Under the pieces are notes generated by a model. It made no database searches. It saw only the letters and a list, made by a program, of their open reading frames with translations, and had not been told where the DNA came from. A stretch of DNA of 64,000 nt from Auanema rhodensis (Eukaryota; Animalia; Nematoda), in NCBI GenBank assembly GCA_964057225.1, contig OZ059894.1, positions 14,012,001-14,076,000 on the forward strand, read 5' to 3'. Both the position numbers and the translations under genes were made by a program. Positions 49,701 to 61,700 of this stretch are shown here, piece after piece. Each line of letters begins with the position of its first letter. The first letter of the stretch is position 1.

Positions 49701-52700
49701 TTCAATAACAGTTGTTGATGATGATCAAAATTAACTTGTGTAATGGCATTTGGTGAGAGAGAAAGAGAAAATCATTTGAATTAAAGGTGTGATAATGTGA
49801 AAGCTCTCATTTTTTGAAATTGAAAACATTTTTTTTCTAACTTCCGGTCGTTATAGAACAATAGATTCTTATACTTATGACAATGAACTTCATGAATTTT
49901 GTCAATAAAAATTATTTTTACATTATGAAAATCTGTACTTTCTTATTTTTTTTTACTTTCAGCAGATTTACGCTAACAGATATAATCAACAGCTTGAATT
50001 TAATAATCCACAGCAGCAGCAGCAGCAGCATCATCAAGCTTATCATCATCAGCAGCAGCAGCAACAGTACAATATGGCCCCAACTACAAGAAATCAGGTA
50101 ATTTTCAGAATTGTTTTTACATCTTTGCATAATAATAATATGAAAATGTGTATGTAAATCTATATTTCTAGACCGTAGTCAGCAACGGAGTTTCTAATGG
50201 AGTTCAGAAAGCAGCAAACGGAGTATCAAAACCAGCAGCAGTATCTCCAGCCCCCCCTCAAGGAACATCAAAGGTATGTCTTTATCTTCATCAAATTTAT
50301 TATTATATGAAATTAATCTAAAGATATATACTATGTGTGTTACTTTGCAATATTTCAGACGCATCTTCACGGAGCAGCACTTGTGCAGTCGCGTCCACCA
50401 CAATTCATTGTTCAACCACAGTCAGTAGCAGCAAAGGCTGGGGAAACAGTCGTATTCTACGCTAAGGTTATAATATTTCTGAACAATCTTTTTATTGTTT
50501 TGAAATATTTAGGCAGCAGGCGTTCCAATTCCAACTATTGAATGGACTAGATCTGATGGCAGCATTATTCAACCAGACGCTAAGAGACGCATCGAAAGCA
50601 GCAACGATGGCTCATCTCGATTAATAATTGAAAAGGTTTCTTTTTGAAAAAAAAAACTTTTTTATAACTTATTCTTTACGTTCAGGCTGATGGTCATGAT
50701 GCAGATACATACGGATGTGTTGCAAGAAGCCCCGGTGGTGGACTACAAATCCGATTTTCCCTTAATGTTTTACGTAATGCTTCAGAAATTATTTTTTTGC
50801 GAATTGAATTTTACGATGTTCAGAAGCCAAATCCCCTGAAGCTCCAGAATTCACTGGTAAATTCCAATCAACGACAGTGTATGAAGGAGATGCAGTAAAA
50901 CTGTACTGCAAAGCCAAAGGAGAGGGAATCTCATTCAAATGGTTCAAAGATAATGAAGAAATCGGCAGTGGTGGTCCATTTAGGTACATTTTCATCTGTC
51001 ATCTATAACATCTATATTTATGAATTTACAGCATTGATAACAAAGGAACTGAGACTACTCTTCAAATCCAAAATTGTACTCTTAGTGAAGGAGCTTGGTA
51101 TCGATGTGATGCTACTAATAAGCATGGAACAACTACTCTTAAGGTTTTTTTCAAAATCAATGTGAATATTGATATTCGGAATTTACAGGGACGTGTTGTC
51201 GTTCAAAGCCGACAGAAGTTTAACGGACCAGCTCATAGAGAGCAGATCACTCTGAGAAAAGTAGATCGCCGACAAGCAAGGTTAAACATAACTTAATCTT
51301 TCATCATTTATCTTAAATAAATTTTCAGAACTCCTGTAAACATGATGCCTGATGCGACCCAGTCGAAGGCTCCTCCGAAGTTCGAAGGCCAGCTGCCTGC
51401 TCTCAACCTCATCGAGGGTCAAACAGCAAGATTTGAACTTAAATTCTCGCCATCAGATGACCCTAATCTTAAGGTATTTCATAAGGAATATTGAAGTAAT
51501 TATCTGAATTGTCTTTTAGATTGCCTGGCTTCATAATGGAAAAGCCCTTCTTGCCTCTTCACGTACGGTTACCGTTTCCGATTTCGGAATCGCCGTACTT
51601 GAAATCAATCCAGTAACTGTATTTGATCAAGGAGAATACACTGTAGTTGCTGTAAACCCAATAGGTGAAGATAGATCTTCAAGTACTATTAGTGTCATTG
51701 GACATGGATCAGTACAGCAGCCAACTTTGGGTAATAACTTTGGAACTGCTTATCAATCCCGCAGTCCACAGCCACCAGCTGGTGTGCAAATGGGTAATAA
51801 AACCAAATTTCAATATTTTTTAAATGAATATATCTTCAGATCTTCCAAATTTCCATTCTGATCTCCGATCATATGAGTTATTTGAAGACCAAAATATTCA
51901 TTTGGAGACAAAATTGACTCCAATAACTGATCCAAACTTAACAACTGTTTGGTATTTAAATGGAACTGAATTGATTAAAAGTATATTAACATATAATTTA
52001 ATTAACTATATTAACTATTTCTTTACAGGTGATCGATTAATTCAAACTCTCCGACATGGTTTTGCCACACTTGATGTCTTGAATGCTCGTAAAGAGGATT
52101 CTGGTGTCTATACTTGTCGAGCCATCAATAAACTCGGTGAAGCTGAAAATCAAGCTACTGTCATTGTTCATCGTAATTTTTAAAATGATCATAATATTAT
52201 CATATTCAATATTTATTTAGCTCAACATGATTTACAAAAAACTGAGTCAAATCTTGATGTTGATGATGTGAGAGAAATTCAATTCACCCATTCACAACAG
52301 GATTTAACACCAAAATTCGTTACACAGGTATGTGCTATATCAATAAATCTAAAATATGAATTTATCTAAATTATAGTTACAACCATTCAAATGTGAACAA
52401 GAACTTGGAAGATCATTCTTCGAAGCTCGTATTCAACCAATCAACGACCCAACTGTGAGAGTTAGTTGGCTTAAGGATGGTCATGCCCTACCTAATGCTA
52501 ACAGAATTCAGGTTCTTTTTGATTTCTAAAACATTATTTATATTTCATTTTCTTTGTAGACTTTCCATAACTTTGGTGTTGTATCTCTTACACTCCACCC
52601 TACGTATCCTGAAGATGCTGGTACTTACACTTGTGTCCTCTTCAACTCCCATGGACAAGCTCAATCTTCTGCTGAACTTGCCACACTTTCTATGGCACCT

Positions 52701-55700
52701 TTGGTCATTGATTCTCGACATGAAGAGAGTCTACCTATCATCGGATATCTTGATAGTCATCAAGTAAGTTAAACAAAAAAGCAAAACAATGAAGCCCACG
52801 GCCGGGATCGAACCGACAATCTTCTGATTAGAAGTCAGACGCCTTATCCATTAGGCCACGCGGGCTACAATGTTATTCGTTCTTATACCACTGTGGATGA
52901 ATTTGTTACATGATCATTATTTTAGGTTCATATTGGACCACAAGCTGTTGAGAGACCAGAGGAATCTCAATCATTAGAGCCACCTCGATTTGTTAGACCT
53001 CTACCAAGCAAAATTGAAGTGAGTCTTGATATGCTATACTTCAATAGGAAATTTTTGTTTATTACTCACGTAATTTCATTTTAGGTCAAGGAGAACGAGT
53101 CAGTTCACTTCGAAGCTCGTGTTCAACCAGCTAATGATGTGAAAATGACCGTTGAATGGTCAGAATCACTTTGAATATTTCTTGAAATTCGAAACTTTAG
53201 GTATCACAATGGCGCTCCTTTACCTGCTGCTCATCGTTTCCGCCCAATGTTCGATTTTGGCTATGTAGCTTTAGATATTCTCTATGCGTATTCTGAAGAT
53301 AGTGGAACTTATACCTTAGTTGCTCGTAATGAGTTAGGTGAAACTAGATGTGATCTTGAATTGGTAGTTGGAAGCGACCAAGTTCTTTTCCTTGATCCTC
53401 ATCATCCAGAAGGTTTAGAAAGAATCAAGGTTTGTCATCGAAAAGTTGTATCCTCATGATAAAATGAACAATATTCAGGAACTAGAGCAAGATCGTCGTC
53501 AGGGTATTGCTGAAATTGAAGATAGAACCTGCGATGCTTCGCCTAAGTTCTTAGGAGAATTGAAGGATGCTGAACTTCGTGAACATCAAGACATCCATCT
53601 TGACTTACGTGTTACTCCTGTTCATGATCCAACAATGGAAGTTGAATGGTTTGTCAATGGACGTCCAGTAACCACAGGAAGTCGTGTGAAAACTCTCTAT
53701 GAGTTTGGATTTGTTGCTCTTGATATCAAGGGAGCTATTTCCGAAGATTCTGGAGAATATTCTGTACGTGCTCGTAATGCTCTAGGTGAAGCCATTCGTC
53801 AGTGTCGCATCACTGTTACACGTAAGAAATTTATTTCTCGCTCTCTTATAAGAAAGTAACATATTTTCAGCCGAAGGGGCTATTCTTTCGGAAACTCAGC
53901 ATGAGGAATCTTTGGGAAAAATTAATTATCTCGAAAATCAGAACAAGTATGGACGTGTTGACATGGAAGAACGTGGACCAGATATGGCTCCTGTCTTTGT
54001 GGTTCCACTTGCAGCTGATTTCGGCCAAGTTGAGGAAGGAGAGCCAATTCATCTAGAATGCCAAGTAAAGCCTATCAGTGATAACACCTTGAAGATTACC
54101 TGGCTTCGTAATGGTGCTCCAATTCCCCATGGACATCGCTTCCGAACATTCTATGATTTCGGCTTCGTATCCCTGGATGTCTTAGGTTTCTATGCTCAAG
54201 ATAGCGGAACTTATACCTGCCGTGCTGAAAATGCTCTTGGAGCTGTGGAAACAGCTACAACTGTTAGCTGTGCCCGTAAGTTGCATTTATTTCCAAAAAA
54301 AAAAGAAAAATGTCCTTGTATATAGTTCAATCCTGTTTTTCTGATTCTTGGGTAACTTAATACATTAGCTTTTTGTGCCTTCTGTGTTCAGCTTTTCTAT
54401 TTGATCATGAACATTCTTATGTCGCCACCTTCACCTACCGTCTTATTGTCTTTTCGACTTATGACCACATACCTATCTCATGTCCTCTCTACTATTATTA
54501 TTCTTCTTTTCAGTCTCTCATTGTTTCTATTTTCTTTTTATTTCTGTATTTCTCTAAAATCTCTCTTATTATCTTAACACAAACACTCTCTTTTTTCCTT
54601 TTTCTCTTTTACGTTCTCAAGGTATTCCAACTTCAGCTTTGAGACTTTTCATTATTTCAACAAGCATTCAACGCCAAGTTTTACTCTTTTGAAATATTTT
54701 AATTTTCTCTAGTAGGAGTAATATTGTTAGATTCGAAGCAAATTAGAAGTTATTCCCTAGTTATCAATTCAAATATTCTAAATATTTCTGATATTCAACT
54801 ATATTGACATAGCTTAATTCATTATTATATTTATTTCTAATTTTAAAAAAAAATGAGTGAACGTCCATCTATATATGGGCCTATCCCCTTTAATCATATT
54901 GCTAAAGGACACCAAAAACCACAACAAACAAAAATGGGACTACTCAGTCTTTCCTCTTCAGCTAAGGATGCTATTCTTGGTCAAGTTCAACATCCTAAAA
55001 GTTACGCTCGCATCCAGCAGATTGAAGCTCCAAAGCCTAAACCACAAGATGTTCCTGAACTTCCTAAAGAGGTAATTTTTCAAAACACATTGCCTCCAGC
55101 AAGATACTGATAACTTTTTCTCTTTTATGAGTACGTTAATTAATTATTACATCTACATTGTTCCAGGCACCCAAATTTGTGAAGCCTCTTGGACCAGAGA
55201 TCAAGTGTGTTGAAGGTGATAATGTGTATTTAGAAGCACAAATTACTCCCACGGATGACAATTCTCTTACTGTAAGTAAAGTTAAATTAAAAAGCTGTCA
55301 AACGAATAATGAAACATCATATACTACTATGACTTGATGAGCAATAATTTACCCGAAATTGTTTGCTTTTTCGACCAACATACATCTAATAGCTTATGCT
55401 AACATCTAGCTTCTAGCAATCAAATAGAAAGAACAATTAATGTTTTATTATGATGTTTGATTTTTAAAAATTATTTTATTTTCTTTAGTATGAATGGCAA
55501 GTTAACGATAAGCCATTAATGAAAGCTCATCGTTTTGTACTTTCACAAGATTTTGGATATATTGCATTGAATATCTTGTATTGTTATCCAGAAGATTCAG
55601 GAAAATATACATTGATTGTTAGGTATCGTTTATAATCTTTTTTCAAATTTATTATTTCATTTTTTTAGAAATTCATCTGGAGAAGCTCAATCTTCAGTTG

Positions 55701-58700
55701 ATATTGACTGTCGTATTGATGGATCTGATGTGAGTATTTGATTTGAAAATGAAAATTAAGTTTTATTTTTCAGTTGGCTGCTTCTTTCCATCCTAACTCA
55801 TTGCAACGTATTCAAGAACTCGAAACACCAATTCAAAGAGCTGAAGATGCACCTGAACGTGCTAAAGAAGCTCCAGCTATTGTTAAGGTAAGTAACAACA
55901 GTAGTTCGGTACGTTTATTCCGATGTTTTAGCCTTTGCCACCAAAAATTGACACAGTTCATGAGTCACAAACACTTCATCTTGAAGCTCAAGTTACTCCA
56001 ATCGATGATAATACTCTTAGAGTAAGTAGAGTTATAACAAACTATAATGAATAATAATTCTGATTACAGTACGAATGGCTTTACAATGGAAATCCACTTA
56101 AAGCTTCTTCTCGTTACCGTATCTTGAATGATTTCGGATTTGTATCTCTTGATATTGATTACGTCATCTCAGAAGATGCTGGAAAGTACACTCTTGTTGT
56201 TTCAAATGATGCAGGTAGAAATTCAATTTCAATGGGAATTTAAATCAAAATCTATTGTAGGACGTGCTGAAACTTCAACTGAATTTGATATTGAGCGATT
56301 AAAAACCATTCTTAGCGACACTGCTCATCCTGAATCACTTAAACGTATTCGTGAGATGGAACAACTTCAACCAGCTAAGCCAAGTGGTATGTTATAATCC
56401 GCAAAAATATCAAAAAAGTATTTCTTTAGACGATGATGCTCCTCCTGAGCCTCCTGTTTTCACTCAACAACTTAGTGGTCCCACTGATGTTCTTAAGGAA
56501 GGACAAAGCGTTCATATGGATTGTGTTGTTCAACCAATCAATGATCCATCTCTTATCGTTAGTTGTCATTTTCCTTTGAGTTTTATTGCAAATTTCTGTT
56601 AGATTGAATGGTTCTGCGAATCTCGTCCATTGATGTTTGGATCTCGTATCAGAACTATTCACGATTTTGGATATGTTGGACTGGAATTCCTTCATATTCA
56701 TCCTGAGGACACTGGAACTTATATCTGTCGTGCCACTAACCGTGCAGGAACTGCTGAGACAAGCTTCAGTTTGGAATGCCGTGCTCGTCGCAACATTTAT
56801 CTCGATACTCAACATGAGCAATCCTGGGTTAAGATTCAAGAGATTGAAAACCGTGAACTTCAACGTGAACCAACTCCTGAACTTACATTCCCACCCCCAA
56901 CCTTCACTGAACCACTCAAGGTATATTCAATATATCAAATTATTAATCAAGTGCTTTCATTCAGAACGTTGATGAAGCTGTTGAAGGAGATTCTATCCGA
57001 CTTGAATGTCGCCTTACGCCAGTCAATGATCCAACTATGAAGGTGGTTTGGACAAGAAATGGACAGCCACTTCCAGAAGCTTCTCGGTTTATGCCAGCTC
57101 GTAACTTCGATTATGTCAACCTTGATATCTTATCTTGTTATGGTGAAGACTCTGGAGTTTATTCTTGCAAGGTATTTGAGCTTGAGCTTATAAAGTCTTT
57201 CAACTTTTATTCTTTAAGGCTGTTTCTGCATTTGGAGAAGCTGTTACATCATGCACTGTTAAATGCCAATCTACTGAATCATTGCTTCTTGGAACTCAAC
57301 ATGAACAATCCTGGAACCGTGTTCAAGAAATTGAAAATCGTCGTCCATTGGAGAAAGTTTATGAAGAAGCTGAGAAGGTTGCTCCTAAGTTTGTTGTTCC
57401 ATTGGCTGGATCAATGGGAGAAATCCCTGAAGGTGCACCAATTCACTTGGAATGCCAAGTCGAGCCAACCAACGATAACCAGCTTACTGTCCAATGGTTC
57501 CACAACGGAGCTCCATTGGCTAACGGACATAGATTCAGAACCACATATGACTTTGGTTATGTTGCTTTGGATATCCTATATGCATTTGGACAAGATACTG
57601 GAGAATGGAAGTGTGTCGCTCGTAATGAGCTTGGTGAAGCTGAAACTGTCACCTCTTTCAACATTCTTCCACGTGGAGTCATTTATACCGATTCTCAACA
57701 TCCTGCCAGCTGGCAAAAAATTCAAGAGCTTGAAGCTCCCAAGCCAGGTGCTGCTGAAGTTCCAGATCGTGAGCACGATGCTCCTAAGTTTGTTGAGGAC
57801 ATGGACTCTTTGGAGCGTATTGAATTCCAACCTGCTCACTTCCAAACTCGTGTAACTCCTATTGAAGATCCAAACATGAGAATTCAATGGATGAAGGACG
57901 GACAACCATTACATAACAGCAACAGGTTCAAGCTTACATCTGATTTCGGATACGTTGCATTGGATATTGCTCACACCGTACCAGAAGATGCTGGAACATA
58001 CACTGTTGTTGCTTCCAATGATAAGGTATGACTCAAATAAAAATTTTTCAATTCAATCTTTTACTTTATAGGGACAAAGTGAAGTTTCTGCTACTCTATC
58101 AGTCAGAGCTAACGCTTCTATCATCAATGATACTCGTCATGAGCAATCTTGGCAGAAGATTCAGCAGCTTGAGGTATATCATTTATTTGAAGCCTTCGTG
58201 AACTCTATTAAAAATTTTGTTTAGGCTCCTCGTGGTCCTGGAGAAGCTGCTCCTGATGTTAAACACGGTCCACCCAAGTTCGTCCGTCCACTGAATAGTG
58301 CTGAAGGTGTTGTTGAAGGACAACCAGCCCACTTTGAAGCTCAATTCATACCATTCTCTGATCCAAATACCATCGTTCAATGGTTCTTGAATGGAAAGCC
58401 ATTAGCAGCCTCAAGTCGTAAAATCTTGCGAAATGATTTTGGTCTTGTTACTCTTGATCTTCAATACGTTCTTGGAGAAGACAATGGTGAATATACCGTT
58501 GTTGTACGTAACAGTGAAGGTGAAGATCGTACTGCTGGTAAACTTTCTTGTACTACTCGTGAAGCTATTCTTGGAGATACACAACATGCTTCATCTTGGC
58601 AAAGAATTCAAGAGCTTGAAGCTCCACGTGCTGCTGCACCTGAAGCTGATGGTCCTGTTTATGACAAGCCAACCTTCATTCAAGCTCTTCAAAGTGTTGA

Positions 58701-61700
58701 GAACGTTGCTGAAGGCGGATTTGCTCTTCTTGAAGCACGTCTCATTCCAGTAAACGATCCTTCCATTATTGTGCAATGGTTCTTCAATGATGCTCCATTG
58801 TGTGAATCGAATTGGATCGCTACCAGCAACGATTTTGGATGTGTTAGTCTTCGTATTGCTCCAGTTCATGCTCGTCATACCGGAGTGTATTCATGTAAGG
58901 CTGTGAATAAGGCTGGAGTAGCCGTATCCAGTGCTAGCATCTCTGTTCAAGGAACTGAAGGAATTTTATCTGATAGTGCTCATCCTAACTCTCTCGCTAA
59001 GATCCGTGAGATGGAAGCTATCGACAAGTATGCTCGTTTGGATGCTCCTGAACGTGAATTTACCAAACCTCAATGGATTCAAGGATTTGAGAACTTTGAC
59101 AACGTTGGCGAAGGACAATCTGTTGAGCTTCATGGTTTAGTTGAACCCTCTGGTGATCCAAATCTTCGCATCGAATGGCTTTTCAATGGACAGCCTTTGA
59201 TGAACGCTAACCGTTTCCGTCAAGAATACGAATTTGGTAATGTCATCCTCACAATCGTTCATGTACTTCCACATGATTCTGGAGTATACACTTGTCGTGC
59301 TTACAACTTACTTGGGGAGGCTGTTACTAGTGCCAGCGTAAAGATTGAAGGCTATGAGAAGATTCTTTCTCAATCTCAGCACCCTGTCTCATGGCAAAGA
59401 ATTCAAGAGCTTGAAGCACCTAAAGAGATTGAAGAAATTGAAGAAGTCGTTCAACGTGAGAAGCCAGTGTTCCTCACTCAGCTTGAATCCGTTGAAAACG
59501 TTCCTGAAGGAACACCAATTCATCTTGAGGCCACCTTCCAGCCAGCTCGTGATCCAAAGCTCAAGGCTGTTTGGCAGAAGAACGGTCAAAACCTTGGTGC
59601 ATCCCAACTTGTTCAAACCAAGCACGAGCTTGGCTGGGCAACCATGGATATTCTTTCCGCTAACGAAGATCATAACGGAATTTACACTCTCACTATCAGC
59701 AATGAAGAAGGTGAAGCCGTTAGCACTGCTTCTATCAAGATTGAAGGATCTGGAGCTATTCACAGTGCTACTCGTCACGAAGAATCTTGGAGACGAATTC
59801 AAGAAATCGAAGCACCTCGTCAAAAAACTCCTGATGAACTTCCAACTGTCTTTGAAACTCCAGCCATTGTTTCACAAATTGCAGATCAAGAATGCAATGA
59901 AGGTGATCATATTCATTTCGAAGCTCAGATTACACCAATCAACGATCCAAAACTTTTGGTTCAATGGCTTCGAAATGGACAACCACTTGGAAATGGATCA
60001 AAGTATTCCATCGGACAAGATTTCGGAATCTGTATGCTAGACATTGCTTACACCTATCCAGAAGATGAAGGCGTTTACCAGCTTCGTGTTGTTAATGAGG
60101 CTGGAGAAGCTGTTACTTCAGCTACCCTGAAGTGTCATGCTAAGGATTCCATTCTTGGAAATACTCAACATGAGGAATCTTGGAAGAGAATTCAAGAACT
60201 TGAAGCTCCAAAACCCAAGATGGAAGAGATGGAACCAACTCCAAAGGGACCACCTAAGTTCCTTCAACCAATCGTTTCACCAGGAAATCTTTTCGAATGT
60301 CAACCTGCCCACTTTGAAGCTACCGTTGAACCTGTTGATGATAACACCATGGAAATTCAGTGGTTCCTCGATGGAGCTCCAGTTGCTGCTTCATCTCGTG
60401 TAAAGATGATCAATGACTTTGGATGGGTTATTCTTGATATCAACCAAACTGAAACTCGTGATTCTGGTGAATGGAAATGTGTTGCAAAGAATGCTGCAGG
60501 ACAAGCTGAATGCTCTGCTTCTTTGCAAATACAAGGACGTGAAAATATCGCCTATGACTCCCTTCAGCCTCAATCACTCGACAGAATTCGAGAAATTGAA
60601 GCAGAGAAACCAGCTGCTCCTGAAGCTGAAGCAACAGTATATTCTGCCCCACAAATTGTTCAGCAGCTTTCCGTACAAGGTGCTGTTGAAGAACAGGGTG
60701 CTGCTCATCTTACAGCTCAATATACTCCAGTTGAAGATCCAACAGTTAAAGTTGAATGGCTTCGTGATGGACAGCCATTGCCTCATTCAAATCGTTATCG
60801 CCAAGTTTCTGACTTTGGATTTGCTGTTCTTGATATTCTTCATTTAATGGCTCACGATAGTGGTGAGTACACCATCCGAGTGAAGAATGACGCTGGAGAA
60901 ACAACAAGCTCAACTAGCATTGACGTTGCTCCAAGCAGTGGATTGATTCTTCATCCACAAAACGAACAGAAAGCACAAGCTGTTGAGCAACTTGAGGCTA
61001 GTCTTCGTCGCCGACCTGACGAACAGCCTGAAGAAACCGAAGAAAAGCTCCCAGTCTTCATTGAGCCTTTATCCGCTCCTGTTGACTGCTCTGAATCTGA
61101 TCGTGTTCACTTCACTGCTAAGTATGAACCCATCAATGACAACAAACTCCAAATTCAATGGTATCTTGATGGCCGTCCATTAAAGACTGGAAGCCGCGTC
61201 AAGGCTATCAACGATTTCGGAATCTGTGTTCTCGAAATTTCTCCCGTTTACCCAGAAGATAGCGGAGAATATACCTGCCGTGCTATTAACCGTGTGGGAG
61301 AAGCTGTTACAACTACAAGAATTAACTGCTTACCAAAAGACACAATCATTAGTAGCTCTCAACTTCCTGAACGTATGGCAGGAGCTGGAGACCGTATTCG
61401 TGAACTTGAGGCTCCACGTCCAGCAGCTCCAGAAGAGGCACCAACTGCTCATGGAGCACCTAAATTTACTTCACAATTGACCTCTCCACCTGAGTTACTT
61501 GAAGGCCAACCAGTACATTTGGAAGCTCAAGTTACACCAGTAGCCGATCCTCGTTTGAAGATTGAATGGTTCTTAAACGATCAACCAGTGAAGCATTCTA
61601 ACCGTATGAAGATGATTCACGATTTCGGATTTGTTGTTCTTGAAATCTCCCCAGCTGAGCCTCAAGATACTGGAAAATGGACATGTCGGGCTACGAACGA

